This document shows, in pieces, positions 9,190-20,021 of a stretch of 22,321 nucleotides of DNA. This DNA is from Octopus sinensis. Its lineage: Eukaryota. The stretch is taken from contig NW_021837003.1 of the NCBI RefSeq assembly GCF_006345805.1, forward strand, positions 1 to 22,321. The letters are read 5' to 3'. The position numbers and the translations under genes were made by a program. Every line of letters starts with the position of its first letter. Position 1 is the stretch's first letter. The notes beneath the pieces are model-generated. The model was not told the DNA's origin. It saw nothing but the letters and a program-made list of their open reading frames with translations, and made no database searches.

Positions 9190-9437
9190 AGAAAATAGTA
9201 ACAAGTGAAAAAACTACAGAAGGCTTGTTTTAGAAGGTTAAAAAATATATATTTGAGTCATTATGTCAGAAGAATGTTATAAATTATTTTCATACAGTGA
9301 CATAGTTTTTGAAGAAATTACCGGTTTCGTGTTGACTTTTCAAATTTCTCAAAACAATGTTTGAGAAATTTTAAAAATTAATGTATTCTTTTTAACTTTC
9401 TAAAACAAGCCTTCTGTAGTTTTTTCACTTGTTACTA

Positions 9438-9443
<6 letters not shown>
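9190..9443. mobile_element. MITE/foldback element of 254 bp with 55-bp terminal inverted repeats
   Basis: 9190-9244 is the reverse complement of 9389-9443 with one mismatch. An internal 12-bp hairpin lies at 9342-9353/9360-9371. The flanks are TA/CT microsatellite. Confidence 0.8.
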
Positions 9444-9518
<75 letters not shown>

Positions 9519-9691
9519 TATTTATTATTTAATTGAACGCCACGCATCCATTTCCAACTAAGTTTATTTTCCCCTTTTTGATGTCACTCTCTACTCTATA
9601 CTGTTTTCTTCCTCCGTCCTTCTCTAATTCCCTTCTTCACCCCTCCTTCCTCTTTCTCTTTCTCTCTCTCACTCTCTTCCCCCTTTCTCTT

Positions 9692-9724
<33 letters not shown>

Positions 9725-11210
9725 TTAAGTACGGAAGTGCTATCAACCGGGAATATCCGAGATGAGCGAAGAGCAACGAAACAGTTGTCCACCAACTTTT
9801 CCAGTGCCCCCAAGTATCACTGACCTTGCGGGGTCATATCAAACGCTGTTACGTGTGGATCAGATGCAGCTCTCAACTGAATCTATTGTGAAGATCGTAT
9901 CACCGGCTTCTTTTGTCTATATCTGTCTTGTGGCTTTGACGAAAGAAGTTGTGTAATGGGAGAGATTGAAAGGGCTGGCTGGAGACAGATACCTCCCTCT
10001 TTGGCGAAGTTGTCATCAACTTCTTACAATTTATCTTCAAAAATGAAAATGAGGGTGAGAGAGAAGTGCTAGCGGCAAGAATGGCGCTTGACCATTTCTT
10101 CGAAGCGAAACACGGAAGCTGTGTTGTCGGAGCTAAGGCGTTCCAATGGTCAGGAGGTCCGTCTGCTGCCAACACTCTCTGAAAGGCGGATTAGGCACGC
10201 CGTGGCTTCTGATGCGCAGACGTGCACTGAAGATGCACGGTCTGAGACGATTTTTGGACAGTGCTTGGCACCTGGAATGTCGTCAGCCGCTCACAGCCCT
10301 CTACCAGGAAATGGGAGCAGTTGATGTTCCGCTTTATCAATATATGAAGGATTGGTGGCGGTGAAGTGCGACGACGTCCTAGGGGACGTCGATGAAAAGG
10401 AACTAGCTAGTTTGTTCCGGAGGATTATTTCCAGATATCCTTGGCCTGGCAATGCTACATGTTCGAGATAAACTGTGCAAGCACGGATGTGCTATCAGAC
10501 GTGTTTCTCCAAGTTGTGTGCAGAGCAACGAAACCGTTCTACACGCATTCGTTTGGTGTCCTGGCATTACTGATTTGTGGATTTTTGTCGCGTGTCTGAT
10601 GGATGTGTCTATCGGCCGAGTTTATAGTGATAATTGCCCCACTGCCCTCCTTTAATCGGGCAGGTAAGTCAGTTTTCCTTTGCCTGAGGCTGTGGCGAAA
10701 TAAGTTGTCTGGTGGATAGGGCTGAAAGACATGAGGACAGATGCATTCCTCTTTAGAAGGGGTCTCATTGACTTCTCCAAGTTTTACTTGAAAAGGAAAG
10801 TGAAGGTGGGGCGGGAGGTACTGTCCTCGAATAAATTTATTGGAAGGTGGGTGAACGTTGCGAAAATGCCAAGAGTGGATGGTTCCGCTTTAAGTGTAGA
10901 CCAGTGAGTCGGAGAAGAACTGGAGAGGGCACTTGCCCTTGGTGTTCAGAGAGATCTTGGACGGTAGAGTTCCTTGAGTAACAATAGAGGTCCTCTTGTG
11001 TCAGGAGGACCACATGACTACCATTTTTTTCACTGTTGTATTCTATGTACACTTCTCTACCTTGTTTTATTGTATACCAATTCTTTTTCATTTCATCATG
11101 TAACTCCCCCCTCTACATACACACTTTACGTCTGTCTTTGTATTGTCTCTCTCATCCTTCGTACTGGTGGCAAATAAAAGAAATTATCATTATCATTACT
11201 GCTGCTGCTG

Positions 11211-11250
<40 letters not shown>
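9725..11250 (+). mobile_element. Rearranged L1/Tx1-clade LINE fragment (copy 2) with 3' UTR, AATAAA and trinucleotide tail
   Basis: C-terminal piece (QMQLSTESIVKIVSPASF) at 9725-10070; then AARMALDHFFEAKH (homologous to about 5360-5400); then post-RT region (VRRSVCCQHSLKGGLGTPWL, CVQSNETVLHAFVWCP, LKRKVKVGRE). AATAAA at 11172-11177, then an (ATC/ATT/GCT/ACT)n tail. Confidence 0.88.
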
Positions 11251-11759
11251 ATACTGTAAATGAAATTCGAGGAATAAAACTAGAGCACTCAAAACGATTG
11301 TAGAGTAAAATATACATGACGGTATTGTCTGTGTGAACCAACATTTTGTTATGAATAGTTTCATGGCAGAGTTTAAAAGTCCAAGCAATCATCGGACGAT
11401 ATTACAAATTTATATTGCACGAAGATACAAATTTATATATATTTACAGAGAATACAAATAATTTCCTGTTGTTTGCCTTGAATCTCAGATATGATAAGCC
11501 ACGCTGACTAAACTGGGCGGTACCTTCAAATGTTTACAATTTGAACAGAAAGATTAAATCGATAAAAAGCATGTTTCGAAAACTTTCTTAGATTCTTTAA
11601 ATCAAGAGAGAAAGTGGTAGTAATCCACGAAAAATGACAGACTGAGGGATATTAAGAGGATAATACATAGTGTATTGCAGGGGTAGAATGTTAGTGTATG
11701 TTAGGTCAATGTTAGGTCAATGCTAAATCTGGAGCTAGAGAACATTTACAAATCTTATC

Positions 11760-12140
11760 AGTTTCTTGTTTCATAAAAAAAATCTGATATCATCTTTATT
11801 TACAGACTTGCTAATGTTATTCAAGATTGGCTTTTCTTAGTTGTATATAAATTGTACATTTTAGAGCTATTAATGATGCACTGGGTTCTTTCTAGAATTT
11901 TCCACTTGATAGCAAAGTCAGTATCATGCATTTTTAAGTGCCGAATGTAACTCGAGAATGCTGTATTCCTCCTGTCTGTGTCTGAAGGATGATGTATGAC
12001 TGAAGTAATGATGTTTAAGCAGACACTCATAGTAATCATGATAAAGAGAGAGGAAGAAACAGGCTCCGCATATTTGCATACAACCAAATTCACTTAACAC
12101 ACTTTTAAACACAATCCCGTTCCGGACACATTCCAATTAT
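11760..12140 (-). pseudogene. Penelope-like element GIY-YIG endonuclease relic
   Basis: Two frameshifted pieces read HTSSFRHRQEEYS and SSYIRHLKMHDTDFAIKWKILERTQ..SKMYNLYTTKK, matching the PLE pattern HxxSF..S.LS.YIW.LK..F.IKWKIL..K.C.LC..EK. Confidence 0.75.
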
Positions 12141-12459
12141 AAACGGTTGAATAGCTGAACGTCCGGCCCACAACCAGCATACTTGGCACCTGTAACTAAG
12201 TAAACACCGCAAAAACGCAAACTTTGCAGCGTTTTCCTTGGATTACTTTCCTACTTTCTGCCACCCACGCCTTCACTAAATGATCCAATGAGTTACATGC
12301 AGATTACGAGGCTGTAAACACTGTCGGCTCGTTTATGCGTTGCGCACTTTATTGAGTAGATCAGCTGCGCATGCGTGGACAAGTTAATGCAGTGAACAAG
12401 AATATATCATTAAATAATGACGGTGCAAAGTAAAAGCTAATCAAGGCTATGGAATGTGA

Positions 12460-12955
12460 CATCATCATCATCATCATCACTGTTCGACCGTGGTCGAGAC
12501 AATGGAATTTACCATGCTACGCCAGACTTCACGATCCATCATAGCATTACGGAAGTCCTGTTGCTGGATGCCTGTATCCCTGGAGATTACATCAGGGTAG
12601 GAGAGTGTGCGCCCTCTGGTATTGCGAGTAGATGGCTTCCAGAGGAGAAGAGTAGAAATTGCCTCGTTTTCAGCTCTACAACAATGTCCAGCAAACTGGA
12701 CTCTCCTACCTTTCACAAGAGATGACACAGGTGGTAGTTTCCCATATATTTGCATTTTGGTTGGATGGCGCTTCCACGAGAGATTTTGAGCTCTCATAAG
12801 GAGGCGAGTGTAAGTTCCATCCAACCGACCTCTCAAGCTTCTTTGATAACGTCCAGGTTTCTGAGCCATATACTAGAATTGGTTCCAATGTGGCTTTGGA
12901 GATTTCAAGTTTGAAACCTCTACTTAGATTTGATGACCAGATCTTATGCATGTCA
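12460..12955 (-). mobile_element. RTE-clade LINE, 5'-truncated 3' end with a (GAT)n tail
   Basis: KATLEPILVYGSETWTLSKKLER, RLDGTYTRLLMRAQNLSW, RRVQFAGHC and AMMDREVWRSMV are typical RTE C-terminal motifs. The stop is followed by (TGA)n (plus strand CATCATC at 12460-12479). Confidence 0.9.
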
Positions 12956-13003
12956 TTACAGGCTGTGACAGCACTTTGAGTGAAACTGTTACAATGATGA
13001 CAA

Positions 13004-13062
13004 TAGCTTAAAGTGGATTAGCTCAAAGTGGATTAGCTAAAGTGGATTAGCTTAAGGTGAAT
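13004..13062. repeat. 15-bp minisatellite, 4 copies (TAGCTYAAAGTGGAT)
   Basis: Copies start at 13004, 13019, 13034 (14 nt) and 13048. Confidence 0.9.
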
Positions 13063-13529
13063 CAGTTTCATGGAATGACAAAGAGCCACGGTTTTCCGTC
13101 TAACATAGGATAAACTGACGACGTACATTCAAAAGATGATGCGACTCATCTGAAATATAACACACGTCTCTGTGCGTATTCTATGTGAGTGTATGTGTGT
13201 GTGCGTCACTGTGTTTTGTTTCCAGCTCCTCTCTGTCTCTATCTCTACCCCGTCATCCACCCCACCACTGCAACAGCTCTCCCTACCACACCTCCGCTAC
13301 CTCCCTTCCTCCTTTACTACATTTTCTTCTTCCTTTTTGTCCCCTCTACGACTTTTTTTTTCTATTGGTATCTGATGCTTGTCTGGGTGTCTGCCTCGAA
13401 CAGCTTCTAACTTTCTAACAGCGCTTCTAATAAGCCCCGCTGACTGTTCTCTTTATACTCGCAACACACAGGCGTATGTGTGTGACGTACGTATGAATAT
13501 GGATACATACATGCATACATACATATATT

Positions 13530-13563
13530 TGTAAGTAAGAATGTGTGTGTGTGTGTGTGGTGT

Positions 13564-13625
<62 letters not shown>
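13530..13625. repeat. (TG)n microsatellite
   Basis: Read directly. Confidence 0.97.
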
Positions 13626-13626
<1 letters not shown>

Positions 13627-13634
13627 TATCGTTC

Positions 13635-14790
13635 ACCTTTCACTTGCTTTAGCTATCGGACTGAATGCTGGGGCGCTGACGTGAAGAGTGTAGTCGAACA
13701 AATCAACCACAGAACCTATTTTTAACGGCTAATACTTACTCCATTCACCTCTTTTGCCGAACAACAAAGTTAGGAGGAAATAAACACTGATTGTCAACTG
13801 GTGCGCCGAACAAAGAAATGGATACACGTACACACATATATACATTAATATAGATACGACGGGCTTGCATACAGTTTCCGTTTACCTGAATCATTCACAC
13901 GATATTGGTCAGCCCGAGGCTATGGTAAAGGGTGGGGCAGGAAAAAAGTAGCCCTGGTTCGGTAGCACAGTCTCAATACAGATATGGATGTACACACACG
14001 AAAAAACTGTCAGCCTTTCGTTTAGAAGTGTCATTGTGCTATTTCGACCGTTTGTAACTGCTATTCAGAAGCCATTTCCAGTAATTTACTCGTTTACTTT
14101 TGACATCCACTTTTAATTGCTGTACACATGTGAAATGATATGGTTTCAACTTTAGACTTTTCAGCACTCTTTGGCAGAGTCCCCTGCTTACGCGAGTCTG
14201 CTGCATCAGTTTACGGACTTCGAGTAACCCTTTGGCGACGCCCTGAATAACCACCGGCGTTCGAACTGTAGGGTCTCTTTGTCTTGGCACGTTCTACACT
14301 GACTCCATACGGCGTCACTTCTTAACCGACATTTGTATCGTTCTCTTAGCTTCAAAACTTCCACGCATTTGCTTAACAGAACCCGCTCTCAGTTCTGCTT
14401 CCACTATCTCTACTCTTTCCGCTATCGAATACGTCTTCTTGCAGAAAATGCTAGAGATGTTTACTCGATGCAATCTTACTATCAAATAATGTACTGAGGC
14501 TGCGGGGAAGATAACGTAGCAAACAATCGACCTATGGCGTCATCTTAGTTCAGCAGTTACAGGCGGTCGAAATAACACAAAGACACATGCAAACCAAAAG
14601 CTGGGGGGGGGGCTTTTTTCGCGTGTGCAAATTTATTTCTGTATTTATACTATGCTAAGGAACCCGGACTATTCTTTTGAGCGCCACTCTGTAGAATAAT
14701 ATTGCCCAAAGTGTCGTGTAGTGGGACTCAGCCCTAAACCACGTGGTTGTGACGCGAGCTTCGTAACCATCGCACGGCCATGCTTGTATG
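13635..14790 (-). mobile_element. CORE-type SINE split by a DNA transposon (halves about 13635-13927 and 14692-14790)
   Basis: Joining the halves at the TA restores CCCGAGGCTATGG-TA-GAATAATATTGCCCAAAGTG, the reverse complement of the CORE region seen at 8570-8605. Confidence 0.8.
13928..14691 (-). mobile_element. Internally deleted Tc1/mariner-superfamily transposon (764 bp)
   Basis: TA duplications at 13926-13927 and 14692-14693. Imperfect ~31-bp TIRs (AAGGGTGGGGCAGGAAAAAAGTAGCCCTGGTT vs CAGAGTGGCGCTCAAAAGAATAGTCCGGGTT). The transposase N-terminus at ~14441-14039 reads YSIAERVEIV..VRKLMQQTRVSRGLCQRVLKSLKLKPYHFTCVQQL; the catalytic domain is absent. Confidence 0.85.
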
Positions 14791-15140
14791 CATGTGTGTC
14801 TGTCTGTATTATCATATATAAAACATCTCGATGATCCTCCCCTTTCTCTTCCTTCTCCTCAATTTACGTCTTCTTTCCTACGCTGTCATGGGTTGGAAGG
14901 TTCCTCTCGGCCTGAGTCGATTCCCAGTTGGAGTTTACTGACCTTCTCCTTTAATAGGGAGGACTTTGCCTCCCTCCTATGTTCTGTTTTGGCTTAATTT
15001 CTACAGTTGGATGCCCTTTTTTAGATCAACCTCTTTATATTGCTTGCAGCCTCCATTATATCGTTACACCAGCGCGAGAGAGAGAGACAACACGCACGCA
15101 TGCACACACACACACACACACACATATGTGTGTATATGCG

Positions 15141-15181
<41 letters not shown>

Positions 15182-15292
15182 ATATATATTTACAAACATA
15201 TATAACATTTATAAATTGATTTTCATATATTCACATATATACACACGCAACTGCCACCAGCATTGCTATCCCCATCGCTACCAGCATTCATA

Positions 15293-15383
15293 ACCACCAC
15301 CACCAACACCCCCGCCACCACCACCAACACCCCCGCCACCACCACCAACACCCCCGCCACCACCACCAACACCCCCGCCACCA
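15293..15383. repeat. 21-bp C-rich minisatellite (ACCACCACCAACACCCCCGCC) x4
   Basis: Four perfect units read directly. Confidence 0.95.
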
Positions 15384-15511
15384 CTCTCTCACATCTTACT
15401 TCTAAATTCAAAATTTTTTTCTCTGCTAGCACTGCTGTTGTTATTTTTGTTGTGAATATTTTTAGGAAACAGAATAAAGAATGTATTGATGTGAGATAAC
15501 CTTAATACAGT

Positions 15512-15648
15512 GCATGTGTGTGTGTGTGAAAGAGAGAAAGAGAGAGAGAGAGAGAGAGCGAGTGTGTGTGTGTGTGTGTGTGTGTGTCTGTGTGTGTGTG
15601 TGTGTCTCTGTGTGTGTGTGTCTGCCTGTCTGTCTGTGTGTCTGTGTA
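15512..15648. repeat. (TG)n/(AG)n compound microsatellite
   Basis: Read directly. Confidence 0.93.
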
Positions 15649-16599
15649 ACACAGAGGAGTCTATTGTATAACAGTGTAGCTTTGTGTTTGCAATTGAGGG
15701 CTAAGATACTTGGGACCAAGCTGCTATTTCAAGCGGATCAAACCACACTGTTTTCAGAGGTAATGACAGTAGCTGCGAGAGGACTGAGGAGATAAGTTAA
15801 CGGATTTGAACTCGCATACTCTGAGTTCAAATCCAGTGTTAACGGGCTAATGTTGATTTGTACAAAGAAATAAAATAAAACAAAAACAAAACAACTTTAC
15901 ATGGCATAAGACAACCTGTCTGCCTGATATAGATGGACTGTGGTCAGTCTAGGAATCTCCACTCTCAGACCAGAGTCCATCTTTCTGCAAGGAATAGAGG
16001 AACGTTAGTCACTCAAAGAATATGTGTGTGTGTGTGTGTGTGTGTACTGCATGGTGTGTGTGTGGTGAAAAACGAGCCTTTCCTTGCCAAGTCCTTCGCA
16101 ATATTTTTTCTGCATCAAGTTATTAACACTTCCTTGTCGCTCTCGCCATTAGAAACGTGGTGAATCTGTGATTGGTCCATTAGAAAACGGTAAACCTACG
16201 ACGCTAAAATTCACTTCTGGCGATACAATGTGAATTAATAAGTTTATGGTGAAAGCAACACTTTCTCCTGAGCCATAGCGAAATAACAAGGTTACATGGG
16301 GGGAAAAATGAACAAATGAAAAAATATAGAAGTGACAAAAGTACACGAGTTATGTTGTAAAGTTTCGAAACAGGTGTAGAGTGGATGCTGCTACTGCCGT
16401 TGGAGTGGAATTATAAAGACAGTAAAGTGTATTCAAATATGAATCTGTTTATAGTAAAGTGTATGTCTTTGAAACTACTGCTAGTCTTAAAGTGCAATCT
16501 TAAAGCTAATATAGTGTATGTCACCAAAACCGCTGTTGCTGCTGTTGTTGTTATCGGGTTGTTGTAAAGCTAGCATCGTGTGTGCGTCGTACAAACTGT

Positions 16600-16805
16600 T
16601 GTTACTGAACTAACAGAATCGTAGGAAAAGATGCTTTGCAATTTTTCTTTCGGTTCTTTATATTCTGTGTTCATATCTTACAAGGGATCAAGTTTGCATT
16701 TCATCCCTCTGAGGTCGATAAAATAAAGTATCACTTAAATGCTAAGGTTAACGGTATCAACTAACCATCTCTCCCTCAAAATGCTGGCCTTGTGCCAAAA
16801 TTATG
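16600..16805 (+). mobile_element. tRNA-derived SINE with a Meta-domain-like core (decayed)
   Basis: CAGAATCGTAG head, TTTCATCCCTCTGAGGTCGATAAAATAAAGTA core and GGCCTTGTGCC 3' part; homologous to the three minus-strand copies downstream. Confidence 0.7.
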
Positions 16806-16824
16806 ATCATCGTCATAGACGATA

Positions 16825-17017
16825 ATGCTTTCCACTGGAGGTGTGAGGCCTGAAGTTTGTGGGGAGAGGGCAAGTCGATTGTATCGACTCCAGTGTTCGA
16901 CTGGTACTTATTTTATTGGTCGCGAAACGATGAAAAGCAAAGTCAACTTCGGAGAAATTTGAACTCAGAATATAAAACCGGAAGAAATGCTGCCAAACAT
17001 TCTACCAGCGCGCCGCT
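16825..17017 (-). mobile_element. tRNA-derived SINE, Meta-domain-like family (partly deleted head)
   Basis: Plus strand reads AGTCGATTGTATCGAC..CTGGTACTTATTTTAT..ATGAAAAGCAAAGTCAAC..TTTGAACTCAGAA, ending GCGCCGCTT before (AAT)n. Confidence 0.8.
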
Positions 17018-17057
<40 letters not shown>

Positions 17058-17061
<4 letters not shown>

Positions 17062-17267
17062 CCTTTCTACTGGAAGCACAAGGCCTCAAATTTTGGGGGA
17101 AGGGATTAAGTCGATTACATCGACCCCAATGCGAAACTGGTACGACCCCGAAAGAATGAACGGCAAAATCGACCACGGTGGAAATAGAATTCAGAACATA
17201 GCAGCAGATGAAATACTGCAAAGCATTTCGCCCGGCGTTCTAACGATTCTGCTAACTCACCGCATTA
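17058..17267 (-). mobile_element. tRNA-derived SINE, Meta-domain-like family, flanked by (AAT)n on both sides
   Basis: TAATCCTTTCTAC..GTCGATTACATCGACCCC..GACCCCGAAAGAATGAA..CATTTCGCCCGGCGTTCTAACGATTCTGC; homologous to 18153-18373. Confidence 0.85.
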
Positions 17268-17282
17268 ATAATAATAATTAAT

Positions 17283-17325
<43 letters not shown>

Positions 17326-17365
17326 TAATAATAATAATAATAATACTAATATAATAATAATATAA

Positions 17366-17396
<31 letters not shown>

Positions 17397-17440
17397 AAGA
17401 AGAAGAGAAGAAGAAGAAGAAGAAGAAGAAGAAGAAACAA
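17266..17440. repeat. (AAT)n followed by (AAG)n
   Basis: Read directly; on the minus strand it forms the (TTC)n(TTA)n tail of LINE copy 3. Confidence 0.95.
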
Positions 17441-18150
17441 AAAGAAAAAGGATACAATTGAAGGGATGCGAGGATGTGTTGAACAATGACGAATATACAA
17501 CGAATAACAATTAACAAGAAAATTCTGACAACAAAAATCCGCAATAGGGAGGGGGAGTTCCACCGAGAGCCAACCAAGGCAGCCCACATGACCTGGTCGC
17601 CCCGACCGCCAAGAGCACTTCAGGCAGGCAGCCGTCTTCCTCTCAACCGTTCTGGCCTACAGGCAATCGTTCAGAGCAGGCCCACTCACACGGGCCATCG
17701 TCGCCACATTCATCCTGGGTATTGGGCAGAGCTTCCTTCTCCACCCTCACTTTCCTTTTCAAATGGAACTTGAAAAAGTTGATACGGGATTGGTCGAAGA
17801 GGAAAGAATCCTCTTTCAGTACTTTCAATCTCATCCAACGCTCTACCCCCTTCGCCATGGCCACCAGACAGAGGAAAACTTCATTTCTTTCCCGGCCAAA
17901 GGAAGGTGGCGGAGCGATCTGCATTTTGGACTCGGCTGAGAGCGAATCCGTCCTACACGCGGCAACAGCCGTTCGACACAGCACCACACATCAGTAATGC
18001 ACGGACACTGGATGAGTGCATGCAGGATGGTTTCGTCGCCCTGCGCACACCTCGGACAGGTCCGTCTGACAGCACTTCCGCGTCTGTAGAGCTGGTCTCA
18101 AACCGGCAGAGCACCTCGATAGCACTGCCAGGGATTTACTGGAAGTTATC
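17441..18150 (-). mobile_element. L1/Tx1-clade LINE 3' fragment (copy 3)
   Basis: Minus strand encodes CPRCAQGDETILHALIQCP, then LSAES..IAPPPSFGRERNEVFLCLVAMAKG..FFKFHLKRKVRVEKE, homologous to the ends of copies 1 and 2. The 3' UTR runs into (TTC)n(TTA)n. Confidence 0.9.
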
Positions 18151-18152
18151 CA

Positions 18153-18373
18153 ATAATCCTTTCTACTATTAGCAGAAGGCTTGAAATTTGTGGGGAGGGG
18201 GATAGTCGATTACATCGACCCCAGTGATCAACTCGTACTTATTTTATCGACCCCCTCCCCCCGCGAAAGGTAAACTTGACTACGGCGGAATTCGAACTCA
18301 GAACGTGAAGACGGACGAAATGCCGCTAAGTATTTCGCCCGGCGTGCTAACGATTCTGCCAGCTCGCCGCCTT
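18153..18373 (-). mobile_element. tRNA-derived SINE, Meta-domain-like family, near full length
   Basis: Minus strand reads AAGGCGGCGAGCTGGCAGAATCGTTAGCACGCCGGGCGAAA..GAGTTCGAATTCC (A and B boxes)..GGGGTCGATAAAATAAGTAC..GTAGAAAGGATTA. Confidence 0.88.
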
Positions 18374-18502
18374 AATCATAATATTGACAATATTTGTACC
18401 GTTAATGGTTTCCACAGAGTGGCTGCGTAATGGCGGCTGCTGTGAGCTTTCCCCAGGTATTCCTTTGTTGACTTTATTAGTAATGAGTTTAGAGAATCAG
18501 AA

Positions 18503-18560
18503 GTCACATTATTGTTGTTGTAGTAGTAGTAGCAGTAGTAGTAGTAGTAGTAGTAGCAGC

Positions 18561-18618
<58 letters not shown>
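18503..18618. repeat. (TAG)n trinucleotide microsatellite
   Basis: Read directly. Confidence 0.97.
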
Positions 18619-18619
<1 letters not shown>

Positions 18620-18755
18620 GGGGGGTAGTGGTGGGGGTGTCGGTAGTGACGGTGGCAGAGAAAAGGGATGATGGTACTTCAGCCAACCGGACTATTGGTC
18701 ATTGTTGAGCGATGAGCGGGGTCCTTTCGAACAGGAACATGACTAACGCATGAAT

Positions 18756-18771
18756 CTATCTATCTATCTAC

Positions 18772-18817
<46 letters not shown>

Positions 18818-18831
18818 GTATAAATATGTAT

Positions 18832-18886
<55 letters not shown>

Positions 18887-18932
18887 ACACACACATGGAT
18901 ATATGTGTGTGCGTGTGTGTATGTGTGTGTGT
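18756..18932. repeat. (CTAT)n, (TA)n and (TG)n microsatellites
   Basis: Read directly. Confidence 0.93.
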
Positions 18933-19885
18933 GCACCAAATCCAGGTGTATAAACAGTCTCCTAGCTGAGGTAGGAATTAGATTTTTCGAAAAGGTTAGC
19001 AGCTGCTCATGTCCGAAGTCTGCTTTTGTCTTCCAAGAGGAGAAAAAAAATCCAAACTTTTCTCTGAGAATTTATAAAATATTTCTTTCCCATCGTAAAT
19101 GTTTTTCTTAGAACAAACCTCACACTGAAGACTGAGTCTTTGAGTTCGGTCGTGCCACGTTTCTGGCAATAATTTATATACACATATTTTTGGCATTTGG
19201 CTAAAGGTAAACAAATGCTAATTTCTCTGCGAGAAGAAATATATGTATTGGCGATGGCACAGCATGGCGATATATCTCGTTCTTCTGCTGGTAATTCAGA
19301 CAGCTTCCTATTTCAGTTTCCAGATTTTTATTAGTCATGTGAAGGTTCCTTCTTCTTTTTTTGTCTGCTTAATATTTTTTTCAGTTTTTATTTATCTGTT
19401 TCTTAATCTCTCCACAAACAGAAAGTTGTTAGTCATTGAAGAGGAAGTTGAAATTAAGAAAGTGATACTGATGGAGAAAAAATATTTAGCAGTGTTAAAC
19501 ATTTATTTTTGGAGGAGGGGTCTTCGGTAAAGACACCACATCGCACATGGTTTCATCATCAAATCGCAAGTTTATATCTACGTGTCTTCAGGTATATATA
19601 CCTACATCAGTTCGCTACATATGTGTACGCGCGCACGCGTACTCATATGCGAAAGGCTAGTTATAAACTAAAAGCCATACTCAATTAAGGGACACAAAGG
19701 CGGAGTCAGATGTCTGGAATAATATTATTTATCTTACATTAAAGTAAATGGGATTTGCTACAGTTGGCCATATGTTTCAGTTTGTGAGAGCTATTCAAAC
19801 AAATTTTGAAATGATGAAAAGCTGGCGTTGTGCAAAACATACATCCATCTGTAGTGAAAATCCCATTTACGATGATACAATATTA

Positions 19886-19919
<34 letters not shown>

Positions 19920-19989
19920 CCAACATACATGCACATAAACATATGTATGCTTATTTATACATACATAGGTAGGTGTATGTATGCATGTA

Positions 19990-20021
<32 letters not shown>

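Noticed and set aside
11569-11591. Functional hammerhead downstream of the GIY-YIG relic
   Set aside because: CUGA has lost a base and the cleavage triplet is destroyed; at most a relic.
15263-15499. Mucin-like (TTTNTPA)n peptide
   Set aside because: It is a by-product of the 21-bp minisatellite, with no supporting exon context.
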